A program made the translations under genes and the position numbers. Below the pieces are notes generated by a model, which was not told the origin of the DNA, made no database searches, and saw nothing but the letters and a program-made list of their open reading frames with translations. Positions 17,757 to 25,063 of a stretch of 28,998 bases of DNA are shown here, in pieces. How positions within the stretch are numbered: the first letter of the stretch is position 1; every line of letters begins with the position of its first letter. Where the stretch lies: contig CBDCWB010000009.1 in the NCBI GenBank assembly GCA_965223205.1, forward strand, positions 1-28,998, read 5' to 3'. Source of the DNA: Candidatus Eiseniibacteriota bacterium. Its GTDB lineage: Bacteria > Eisenbacteria > RBG-16-71-46 > CAVPCR01 > CBDCWB01.

Positions 17757-19527
17757 AGAGCGCTTGGTGTGTGTGTTGGTGCTGTTGTTCGTGGTGCTGC
17801 TTTGCGCGTATGGCGTCGCAACAGCAAGCCCGTCGCGCACCGAGGCCTTGCGCGCGGCCGAAACGATCCTTGAGTATTTGAGTGCGCCGGCGGACACGAC
17901 TGGCGGTGGCGGACCCGGTGGTGCCGGCGGAGGCGGTGAGCCCGACGTGCCGCGTGGGTGGCAGGCGGGGAGTACGGTGCTCTCAGCCGGAAGGGATGGT
18001 GATAGTGATGCGCGGTTGTCGGGCGCCGTCTCCCCGGTGGCGCTGGTCCAGCACCGGGCCGAGTGGCTTCTCTACTACGTCGGGTCCGAGGGCGATCGTC
18101 AGGACGACGGTGGCCCGCGGCGCCGGCGCCTCATAATCGCCACTTCGCCCGACCTAGAGAGGTGGACTAAGCGTGGCGTGGCGTTTGAGTGGCTACCCAA
18201 CGCCGCCGAGGAGGAAGCGGTCTACTCCGCTGCCATCCTCGCCGAGGGTGACGAGGTGCGGGCGTGGGTGACCGCGTGCACCCAGACGCGTGAGCCGCGG
18301 CCGGGCAGGCCGGGAGCGGTCTCCTGTGACGTGCGCTACCTCACGTCACAGGACGGCCGCCGTTTCCGCGACCGGGGCGAGGTCCTGAGTCACCGGGACC
18401 CAGGCGTCTGGGGCCACGGTGACGAGCTGTTCACCGTGGCCGCTCGCCGGCGCCCGGGCGGCGGGTTGCAGCTCTGGTACCTGGCGCGCTCTGGCACCGC
18501 CGCGCGCGAGCTGGGAGTTGCGGAGATCGACGCCGGCGGCCGGGTTGTTAGGACCGGCCCAGCGCTACCGGGCGTCGAATGGGTCGACAACGTCGAGGTC
18601 ATTGGCAACCTGGCGACAGTTGACGACAAGAGGTCAACGCGTACCACGGTCTACCGGGTGCGCCCCAACGGGCGCCTCGGCGAGCGTGTCGGCGAGTGGC
18701 GCGACCTGGGCGCGGGAGACTCGCCAAATTACTGCCTCTGGTACGACTCCGCCGGGTGGCGGATGGTGTACCGAGACGGCGAGCGGCTAAGGTGGGCCAA
18801 CGCCACTGGCACGTCAGCCAGCCAGGGCGGTGGCAGCGGGGGCGGTGGGTCCGGTGGCGGATCGTCGGGGGGCGATCCTGCCGGGCTCCGTCCCTGTGAC
18901 TGGCCGGTTGTCGGGGATGGATATTGCGTAGAGCGCGGCGGACGTCAGTGGGCAGTGCGCAAACCGGACAAGGTCCGGGACCTCGGCGACGGCGTCGTCT
19001 GGTTTGGCACTCGCAACGCCTCGTCCACCCTCGTGTGGGATCCGCCGGCGCGCTCTGGTTGGTGGGAGTGGCAAGCGTGGTACGAGCCCGGGTGCTTCCC
19101 TGCTGCGCGCGGGCGGGGCAAGCACTATCACTCGATGTTCCAGCACCGCCTTGATCTGGGCGGCCGGTACCGAGACGAACTGGACGAAATGACAGTGCTT
19201 AGGTTCGAGATCGCGGACCTGGGGACGCGCCCGCGCGGCATCGTCTGGCTATACGATGACGACTTTGCCGGGCGCGCCGAGCTGGTCATGCCCTGCGGCC
19301 AACCACCCGAGCATGGCCGCTGGTACGACTGGCGCTTTGAGTGGGCGATCGACGCTCGTGACGAACTCGTCATCCGCGTAACGCGCGACGGTGAGGAGCT
19401 TTGCGCGGGGGAGGTCGCGGTGCCCGGCGCCCAGGGCTTTGGGCAGCTCATGCCCTGGGGCCACGTCGAAGGCGTGATTGACGAGGATGCTGGGGTCCGC
19501 ATCCGCAACATGAGGTGGGGTAGATGA
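17734..19527 (+). CDS. Secreted multi-domain protein. It has a signal peptide or TM segment, a beta-propeller glycoside-hydrolase-like domain (GH43/GH32-like), a Gly/Ser linker, and a Trp-rich C-terminal beta domain.
   Basis: N-terminal MFSWIRNRERLVCVLVLLFVVLLCAYGVATASP. The motifs WLLYYVGSEGD and LIIATSPDLERWTKRGVAFEW resemble the blade motifs of 5-bladed beta-propeller glycosidases. The linker is SQGGGSGGGGSGGGSSGG. The C-terminal domain has WYDWRFEW. Confidence 0.45.
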   Translation: MFSWIRNRERLVCVLVLLFVVLLCAYGVATASPSRTEALRAAETILEYLSAPADTTGGGGPGGAGGGGEPDVPRGWQAGSTVLSAGRDGDSDARLSGAVSPVALVQHRAEWLLYYVGSEGDRQDDGGPRRRRLIIATSPDLERWTKRGVAFEWLPNAAEEEAVYSAAILAEGDEVRAWVTACTQTREPRPGRPGAVSCDVRYLTSQDGRRFRDRGEVLSHRDPGVWGHGDELFTVAARRRPGGGLQLWYLARSGTAARELGVAEIDAGGRVVRTGPALPGVEWVDNVEVIGNLATVDDKRSTRTTVYRVRPNGRLGERVGEWRDLGAGDSPNYCLWYDSAGWRMVYRDGERLRWANATGTSASQGGGSGGGGSGGGSSGGDPAGLRPCDWPVVGDGYCVERGGRQWAVRKPDKVRDLGDGVVWFGTRNASSTLVWDPPARSGWWEWQAWYEPGCFPAARGRGKHYHSMFQHRLDLGGRYRDELDEMTVLRFEIADLGTRPRGIVWLYDDDFAGRAELVMPCGQPPEHGRWYDWRFEWAIDARDELVIRVTRDGEELCAGEVAVPGAQGFGQLMPWGHVEGVIDEDAGVRIRNMRWGR

Positions 19528-19787
19528 GCGCGGTCGATATCGTGAGTGAAGCGATCCTTGTCAAGTCTCCAAGGTACGAGCCAGCGTCGGGCGAGTACGT
19601 CGTTTGGGATGGAGACGTAGTGTTCGGCTGTCCAAAGTGTGGCGGCCTCACCAGGCTCACCGACAATCATCGCGTGGGCCGCGATGGGTTGGTGCGACCC
19701 TCCGTCGTGCACACTCCGTGCGGGTGGCACGTCTGGTTGCGCTTGCGCGGTTGGACCCACCATGAGGACGCCGGGATTAGGAGATGA
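19524..19787 (+). CDS. Small Cys-containing (CPKCGG ... TPCGWH) hypothetical protein.
   Basis: ATGA coupling to the upstream gene. A GAGGTGGGG RBS is present. The Cys spacing suggests a zinc-ribbon-like fold. Confidence 0.5.
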   Translation: MSAVDIVSEAILVKSPRYEPASGEYVVWDGDVVFGCPKCGGLTRLTDNHRVGRDGLVRPSVVHTPCGWHVWLRLRGWTHHEDAGIRR

Positions 19788-20170
19788 ATTGGATGACATG
19801 GTCACCCGGCCACACCGACGCGCTTCTGATCGCCAACGCGATCGTCGCCGTGATCCTCGAGTGGCGCACGTTGGCCAACGCCGTGCCCGGTGACCACATC
19901 ACGCCGCGCCTCCGCCGGTTGCTGAGGCAGAGCTGGGCGTGGCCGTACTTCCTCGGCGGGCTGTTTGCCCACTTCGCGCTCTACGCGCTGTTCGAAGCGG
20001 TGCGACCACCGTGGCCGTACGTCGTGGCGCTCGCCGCCTGGTTCTTTTCTGTCTGGGTTGTGTTTGTTTTTGGCGCCGGGTTCCGGCGCTCCGGTGGCTA
20101 CACGTCGCCGGCGATCGTTGGGGTGCTGTCGCTCGCCGGGATGGTGTGCGGCGGCTTTCTGTGGGGGTGA
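19784..20170 (+). CDS. Integral membrane protein (3-4 predicted TM helices), holin-like or exclusion-like.
   Basis: ATGA coupling with an AGGAG RBS. Hydrophobic helices include ALLIANAIVAVILEW, WPYFLGGLFAHFALYALF, YVVALAAWFFSVWVVFVFGAGF and IVGVLSLAGMVCGGFLW. Confidence 0.55.
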   Translation: MNWMTWSPGHTDALLIANAIVAVILEWRTLANAVPGDHITPRLRRLLRQSWAWPYFLGGLFAHFALYALFEAVRPPWPYVVALAAWFFSVWVVFVFGAGFRRSGGYTSPAIVGVLSLAGMVCGGFLWG

Positions 20171-20173
20171 GAG

Positions 20174-20446
20174 ATGGTGGCGAAGATTTTGGCGCTGAAA
20201 ACACCAAGCGACACCGTGCGGACCGTGGTTGGCTGGCGCACGATCCTTGGGATCGTCATGCTGGCCGTGCTAGATGGATTCCGCGAGGTCGGAATCGAGT
20301 TGGGCGCAGTGGCCGGCGTTGTGCGCGCCGTGGCCGACGTGCTACTCGGCGGCGGCCTGATTTTCAAGGCGGCGAAGATCACCGACTTGCTGCGCAACGG
20401 CAAAAAGCCAGCGCACATCGAATCAATCCGGGTGCAAAACACATGA
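20174..20446 (+). CDS. Small membrane-associated protein (about 1 TM).
   Basis: A GGGGGTGAGAG RBS is present. Hydrophobic segment WRTILGIVMLAVLDGF. The stop overlaps the next start (ATGA). Confidence 0.5.
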   Translation: MVAKILALKTPSDTVRTVVGWRTILGIVMLAVLDGFREVGIELGAVAGVVRAVADVLLGGGLIFKAAKITDLLRNGKKPAHIESIRVQNT

Positions 20447-20757
20447 GGGCGCTACTCTGGGTGTTGCTCTGCCTCGCCCTTTGCCCCCAAGCCGAAGCGC
20501 ACCAACCGCCTAGTTGGGTACCCGTGGCCTATGGCAAGCTGTCGGCGACGCTCCCCATCATCCGCCTAGACGACAAGGATCGGATGCCCGGCGCACGCGC
20601 AACCTTCGGTCTCGAGTGGACCAAGCTCGGCAGCCGCTATTTCGTGACCGCCGAGTATCACCGCAACTTCGAGCAACTCAGTGGCGGGCGTGTGTGGCCG
20701 TGGCTAGACGCGGTTGAGGTGGGAGTGGGGTGGTACTTCTTGGATCCGGAAAGCTAA
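20443..20757 (+). CDS. Small secreted protein with an N-terminal signal peptide.
   Basis: The sequence begins MRALLWVLLCLALCPQAEA followed by a mature part. The ORF-track start at 19939 is rejected because 19939..20442 is Arg-rich overlap junk. Confidence 0.55.
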   Translation: MRALLWVLLCLALCPQAEAHQPPSWVPVAYGKLSATLPIIRLDDKDRMPGARATFGLEWTKLGSRYFVTAEYHRNFEQLSGGRVWPWLDAVEVGVGWYFLDPES

Positions 20758-21035
20758 AAACGAACGCCATATATCTGTGTTATGAATATTGTCCTCTCGT
20801 CTTCGCCGAATTTGTAAGAACACCCCCAGAAGCACCTCGCCCCGTTCGCGTCGATCTCGAATCGGAAGTCGGGCCGGCCCAGGTGTGTCGTTCCGCGCCT
20901 CGGACTTGATGCCAGCCGATGCAATGCAGACTCGACGCCGTCTAGCGCGGCGTCTTGGCACTCGTCGGGCAGGTTGTTCACCAGTTCGCGAAGCCCATTC
21001 TTGGCTGTATCAGTGATTCTGAGCTCGTAGCTCAT
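20754..21035 (-). CDS. RelE/ParE-superfamily-like toxin (93 aa).
   Basis: By-eye alignment to E. coli RelE: ...LASSPRRGTTHLGRPDFRFEID... against ...LESPRIEANKLRGMPDCYKIKL..., and ...ARCFWGCSYKFGEDERTIFITQIYG against ...YRLVYQVIDEKVVVFVISVG. It overlaps the upstream Panacea-like gene by 26 nt. The locus is lower-GC. Confidence 0.55.
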   Translation of the reverse strand: MSYELRITDTAKNGLRELVNNLPDECQDAALDGVESALHRLASSPRRGTTHLGRPDFRFEIDANGARCFWGCSYKFGEDERTIFITQIYGVRF

Positions 21036-21588
21036 TCATCACATCTGCGAGAGGCTGGCTCCTGCCCGCCTCTACGTCCGCTTCCCCAGCGAGCATGCTT
21101 GACAGACTGAAGCCCGAGTGCTTGCGAGCCGCGTTGTCAACGATGTGCATCGGCACATTCTCCTTTGGGCTCGCCTGGAGCATTGGCTCTGTCTTGTAGA
21201 CGACTTCTTCGCAGACGTACCTCGCGGACATGTTGAGATACGTTTCGCCAACGTAGCTCAAGACCTCTTGTTCTTCCACCGTGAAGTCGTCGTACGTCGA
21301 CTTCAGTGGTCGCAGGTCGTGCGCAGCGTATTGGCCGCATGAGACTTGGTTGTCCGCAACAAAGCCTTTGTTAGTTAGCTCTGAGAGCGCCTTATAGAAC
21401 CGCCTCGAATCAAACGGACCAAAGTCATCGTAAATGTACGTGAAAGACGATATGGGCACACCGCGATAACGGCGGGACTCCAGGTCGGCTAGGTAGACGA
21501 ACTTCGCCAACAGCGTGTGTCCGATTCCTGGGGCAATCTGCAGAAGATACAATAGTACCCGCGCATCGCGGCTGAGTTCATCAGGCAT
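21010..21588 (-). CDS. Panacea-domain (DUF4065)-like protein, the putative antitoxin partner (PanA-like). The start is the ATG at 21588, downstream of the ORF-track start.
   Basis: LLAKFVYLADLESRRYRGVPISSFTYIYDDFGPFDSRRFYKAL resembles the DUF4065 core (KLQKLLYxAQ...G.PLF...F.AW.YGPV....Y). An AAGGGGAAG RBS lies 5' of the ATG at 21588. Its 3' end overlaps the small toxin-like ORF. Confidence 0.5.
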   Translation of the reverse strand: MPDELSRDARVLLYLLQIAPGIGHTLLAKFVYLADLESRRYRGVPISSFTYIYDDFGPFDSRRFYKALSELTNKGFVADNQVSCGQYAAHDLRPLKSTYDDFTVEEQEVLSYVGETYLNMSARYVCEEVVYKTEPMLQASPKENVPMHIVDNAARKHSGFSLSSMLAGEADVEAGRSQPLADVMNELRAQNH

Positions 21589-21843
21589 CTTCTTCCCCTT
21601 CCGTTCCCAAGGCAAGTGTTCCAGTTCAGGTAACGGCGACCGCAACCACCAGCTTAACATGCAGACTACACAAAAGATGCGGTCTTGGTTTCACATTGTA
21701 AGGAGAAAACCGACCAGCTCCGGAGTCTGGTGGCTGCAACCAGCACTCCCCGGCCGGTTATCCAGCCTATCCATAGTAGCATCCCCCCTGCACTACACTC
21801 CGCCACCAGCAAAGGACGTACTCCTCAACCGTCGGACCCCACA
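21589..21843. promoter_or_regulatory. Divergent promoter/operator region between the Panacea-like operon (-) and the XRE regulator (+).
   Basis: A 255-nt non-coding gap between divergently oriented starts. It is lower in GC than the flanking genes. No motif was assigned with confidence. Confidence 0.4.
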
Positions 21844-22143
21844 ATGCCCGCTCGACAGATGCGCAGGAGGCGCGGCGACGCCAATCGTCGGCGCCAGTTT
21901 GGCGTTTGGCTCCGGGAGTGCCGGATCCAGGCCGGCTTGACCCAGGGCGAAGCCGCCGAAGCGATTGGGGGGACGTGCACCCGGTCGACTGTGTACCGCT
22001 GGGAGACGGGACGCCACGCTCCGCCGATCAACGTCATGGTGGCGCTCAAGCGGCTGTACGGGTTCGAGTGGAGCGAGGTCGAGGAGATGGCGCAGTTTCT
22101 CCCGATGCGAGACGACGCCGGGAAGAAGCGGGGCAGCGCCTAG
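21844..22143 (+). CDS. XRE-family HTH transcriptional regulator (99 aa).
   Basis: FGVWLRECRIQAGLTQGEAAEAIGGTCTRSTVYRWETGRHAPPINVMVALKRLYG is a classic Cro/C1-type HTH. No clear SD is present. It is convergent with the HEPN-like gene and overlaps it by 4 nt. Confidence 0.65.
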   Translation: MPARQMRRRRGDANRRRQFGVWLRECRIQAGLTQGEAAEAIGGTCTRSTVYRWETGRHAPPINVMVALKRLYGFEWSEVEEMAQFLPMRDDAGKKRGSA

Positions 22144-22604
22144 CTCTTTCCTTTGGCGGCTTTCTCGGGATCCATGGGCTCGTTTGGTATTAGCGCGAGC
22201 GAAACTTCGTCGATCGTCTTGTCGCAGATCTCGTCGAGCGTGGCTCTCAGGTCCTTGATCGCTTGCTTCATGAGAGCCAGGTTGTCCATTTTCCTGTCGC
22301 AATAGTCCTTCTGAGCGCCCTCAGTGATGTACAGGTTTGAGTGCACCACCTCGTTGCGCCGCTTCGCCATATCCTCGGCGCCTGGGATCGGGAGACACCT
22401 TTCCACGTCGCCGAGCGTTTTCTTGACGATGTCCTTGTCGGTCAGGCCCCTGGTGTCTTTGCGCATCATTAGATGCAATTTCATCGCTCGCTCAACAGCG
22501 ACGTACGCCAGCAGCGCTGCGGCGTATGGATACTTGCAGCGTAGCTCGCCGATGGCCTCAATTGTCTTTCTTTCAGCTTCTTGCATTCGTGTCCTTCGTT
22601 CCAT
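22140..22604 (-). CDS. HEPN-like protein (putative RNase fold) carrying an Rx4-6H motif.
   Basis: The motif AKRRNEVVHSNLY reads R-N-x3-H. The rest is an all-alpha composition. The start at 22604 has a GAGGA 5 nt upstream. It overlaps the 3' end of the GxxExxY gene by 32 nt. Confidence 0.45.
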   Translation of the reverse strand: MERRTRMQEAERKTIEAIGELRCKYPYAAALLAYVAVERAMKLHLMMRKDTRGLTDKDIVKKTLGDVERCLPIPGAEDMAKRRNEVVHSNLYITEGAQKDYCDRKMDNLALMKQAIKDLRATLDEICDKTIDEVSLALIPNEPMDPEKAAKGKS

Positions 22605-22983
22605 TTGTATCCTCGCTAGGGCGGTCAACGCCCTGGAAATCCGGTGCATCCTTGTCCGGATACGGAAAGTTCACCAGCACGCCCGAGGGGATCCCGATCG
22701 TTTTGAGGTAGGAGCGTAGCTGTGCGACGTGCGACTTACTAAGGCTGGCGGCAGCCTTCAGCTCGACCACGACTTTCCCATCGACGACGAAGTCGAGTTT
22801 GTGGATGCCCACCTTGCGGTTCTTGTAGAACACTTCGGTGGTTCTCTCGATCTCGTAGTTGATCCCGCGCAGCCCGAACTCCACGGCCATCGCCTCTTCA
22901 TAGACGACCTCGGCGTAGCCACCGCGCAACTCAGAGTAGACTTCGCAGGCGCAATCCTTGATTGTTTCTTGCAAGGTGCTCAT
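22573..22983 (-). CDS. GxxExxY family protein (PD-(D/E)xK nuclease-like fold).
   Basis: LRGGYAEVVYEEAMAVEFGLRGINYEIE...VGIHKLDFVVDGKVVVELKAAASLSKSHVAQLRSYLKTIGIPSGVLVNF matches the family signature (G.GF.E.VYE.AL..EL...G.......YK...VG.YR.D.LVE..IVELKA.....H.AQL.NYLK..G...GLLINF). Confidence 0.75.
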   Translation of the reverse strand: MSTLQETIKDCACEVYSELRGGYAEVVYEEAMAVEFGLRGINYEIERTTEVFYKNRKVGIHKLDFVVDGKVVVELKAAASLSKSHVAQLRSYLKTIGIPSGVLVNFPYPDKDAPDFQGVDRPSEDTNGTKDTNARS

Positions 22984-23009
22984 GGCAGTTCTTCTTTCCT
23001 GGGACACCG

Positions 23010-23606
23010 CTACATCAACTGATAGCTGCAACTTGTGCATGAAAATTCATGTGCAGAGTTCGTGGCGGCGCACTTTGGGCACGTCCATGGCTGGGCATCG
23101 CCCGAAGCGATCCATGGTTTGGCTGACGAAGCCGAAATCGCCTGATCCTTGTATGCGCCTACACCATACTGCACAGCAGCAATCAGCACGCACACCACGA
23201 GAAAGCGCCACAACCACGCGGTCCACTGTTCTGGCTTCCTTGTTGTTGGCTTCGTTGGTACCCCAATCGATCGAACGTGTTCAACACTAACCCAGACCAG
23301 TTTTCCCGCGTGTTTGCCCTCTAGTACGCGTACCTCACGTGACCACCACCCGTCACGACTTATCGGATTGCATGGCGTGCCGCTCGGAACACGAAAAACA
23401 ACGCCGCTGCTTAGTAGCTGTTTAACCCCAAGGTCATCGTCAGCCGCCAGAAACTGCCCGAGGCGATCGAGAGCGGCCTTAGAAGTTGCTGCAAACACGA
23501 GCTCTGAGTTCGCTCTTAGGCAATACTCTGCCCCCGCAGTTCCCTCTTGCTGGCCGGCAACTCCCATGAGAAACACCGTGGCTATCAGGCGGTTTGTTGT
23601 GCGCAT
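23010..23606 (-). CDS. Membrane protein. It has an N-terminal hydrophobic/signal segment, a soluble middle domain, an internal TM helix, and a C-terminal zinc ribbon (zf-ribbon_3-like).
   Basis: N-terminal MRTTNRLIATVFLMGVAG. Internal TM helix WTAWLWRFLVVCVLIAAVQYGVGAY. C-terminal WTCPKCAATNSAHEFSCTSCSYQL. An AGGGG RBS sits 5 nt before the ATG at 23606. It starts 8 nt after the TPR gene stop and ends 27 nt before the GxxExxY start. Confidence 0.55.
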   Translation of the reverse strand: MRTTNRLIATVFLMGVAGQQEGTAGAEYCLRANSELVFAATSKAALDRLGQFLAADDDLGVKQLLSSGVVFRVPSGTPCNPISRDGWWSREVRVLEGKHAGKLVWVSVEHVRSIGVPTKPTTRKPEQWTAWLWRFLVVCVLIAAVQYGVGAYKDQAISASSAKPWIASGDAQPWTCPKCAATNSAHEFSCTSCSYQLM

Positions 23607-23614
23607 TACGGCCC

Positions 23615-24844
23615 CTATCTCACTTGACGTTGAGTCTCTTCCACCTCCCAAACATCCCCGACCTCCCGAAATCCAGAAAGCGCTGCTTCAAAGTGTTGCT
23701 TCGCATCGTCGGCGCCGCCCAACGCCTGGAGCGCCACCGCGATGGCGCGGTGCGCGGCGGCGACCTCGAGCGGATCCTCGAGCATCTCGGCCCGGTCGCG
23801 GGCCGCTCGAGCCATGTGTAGCGCGCGGCGGTGGTCGCCCATTGCATTGTAGCAGTCGGCTTGGAGCCGTGTGCACTCCGGCCAGGTGTCACTGCGCGGT
23901 GATGGGTCCAGCTCGATGGCTCGGAGGAAGAGCCGGATGGCGACTTTGGGGCGCCCCTGGTCAGCGATGATGCGGCCCAGGTAGGCGATGCAGATGGAGT
24001 GCTGGCGCGGCCGGCCGTGCTTGATCGCTACACGAGCGCCGTCAATGGCTAGCTGCCTTGCGGCGCAAAGCGCGCCGGTCCTGCGCAGCGCTTCTGCACA
24101 GACAGCCTTTGTGCTTGCTGTTAGTGCGGCGAAACCTCGCGCTTTTGCCGACTGCTCTGCCGACTTGGCCACCTCAATGGCGTCCTCATGTCTGCCGAGG
24201 TGCATGCAACACACTGCGTGGTTGACCGCGGCGGCGATGTCGCTTTGCGGTGCGGTTGCGGCGGTCTGTGAGGCGGCGGCCGCGAGAATCTCCAAACCAC
24301 GCTCGAACCTTCGCATTCGAATTGCGATGCGTGCCCGTGCCCTGGCGGCGCCGACAGACTCCGTGTGCTGTTCGAGGTTGGCGTAGAGAGCACTCGCCGC
24401 CTCGAGCGCAGAGTCAGCTGCGGTTAGATCGCGATTGACGGATGCGAGCTTTGCCTTTGCCAGGAGCAGCTCGGCGGTCGCAACCATCGCGCTCGCCGCA
24501 TTTGCTACCGCGATCGCGTTCGCAAGATGCTCTTCAGCGTCTTCGATGGCCCCTGCTTCGCAGGCCACGCGCGACGACAGTGCGTGCGCTCGCGCAATCT
24601 CAGACGCGTCGACGCCGGCGAACAAGGAGCACAGCTCGGCCGCGGCGTCGCGTGCCTCATGGATCTGTCCAAATTGGAGAAGTGAGTGAACAAGCTGTAG
24701 GAGGCAGAAGTGGCGCGACGAGATGCCGAGGCTATTGTCCCTCAGTTGGTACTTGTAGCGCAGAACGGCTGCTCTGGGGTCTTCGGAGGGCGTGGCCACG
24801 GTGAGGTCGTCGACAATGGGATCGCAACCGCCCACCGTGGCCAT
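23615..24844 (-). CDS. TPR-repeat (all-alpha) protein of 409 aa with no recognisable HTH.
   Basis: Many Ala-rich helical hairpin repeats (...AIEVAKSAEQSAKARGFAA...AIRLFLRAIELDP...). A GGGAGG RBS is present. Start is 12 nt downstream of the small peptide gene. Confidence 0.6.
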   Translation of the reverse strand: MATVGGCDPIVDDLTVATPSEDPRAAVLRYKYQLRDNSLGISSRHFCLLQLVHSLLQFGQIHEARDAAAELCSLFAGVDASEIARAHALSSRVACEAGAIEDAEEHLANAIAVANAASAMVATAELLLAKAKLASVNRDLTAADSALEAASALYANLEQHTESVGAARARARIAIRMRRFERGLEILAAAASQTAATAPQSDIAAAVNHAVCCMHLGRHEDAIEVAKSAEQSAKARGFAALTASTKAVCAEALRRTGALCAARQLAIDGARVAIKHGRPRQHSICIAYLGRIIADQGRPKVAIRLFLRAIELDPSPRSDTWPECTRLQADCYNAMGDHRRALHMARAARDRAEMLEDPLEVAAAHRAIAVALQALGGADDAKQHFEAALSGFREVGDVWEVEETQRQVR

Positions 24845-24856
24845 GTGTCGACCTCC

Positions 24857-25063
24857 CTAGAGCAACAGCAGCAAGGTTGTGCCTAGGACCCGAAAAACGA
24901 CAAAACCCGAACCGGCTGCGCGCCCGCCGGTCTCATCGTCCTCGTCCGGCACTCCAGCCTCCTCACACCCACACTCCCCATCATCATCGCACGCCGTCGT
25001 TGGCAGCGGCGCTGCCAGAAACGCTAGAATCAGGCAAACGCTCAAAAGGCTGCGAACTCGCAT
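24857..25063 (-). CDS. Small secreted or membrane-anchored Cys-rich acidic peptide (68 aa from the ATG at 25063).
   Basis: Sequence MRVRSLLSVCLILAFLAAPLPTTA | CDDDGECGCEEAGVPDEDDETGG...GFVVFRVLGTTLLLLL. It has a signal-peptide-like N-terminus, a GCGC acidic core, and a hydrophobic C-terminus. A GGGAG lies 6 nt upstream. Confidence 0.45.
   Translation of the reverse strand: MRVRSLLSVCLILAFLAAPLPTTACDDDGECGCEEAGVPDEDDETGGRAAGSGFVVFRVLGTTLLLLL

Noticed and set aside
19939-20442. The N-terminal 168 aa of ORF 19939..20757.
   Set aside because: The stretch is Arg-rich and overlaps two well-supported membrane-protein genes in another frame. The real gene starts at the ATG at 20443 with a signal peptide.
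21685-21843. The N-terminal extension of the XRE ORF (start at 21685).
   Set aside because: The extension lies in the divergent promoter region and has P/S/T-rich composition. The HTH domain begins right after the ATG at 21844.
23149-23970. The + strand ORF 23149..23970 and other + strand ORFs (23594..23821, 23988..24386, 24442..24804) inside the TPR and membrane genes.
   Set aside because: They are antisense to strong minus-strand genes and have R/P/S-rich junk composition.
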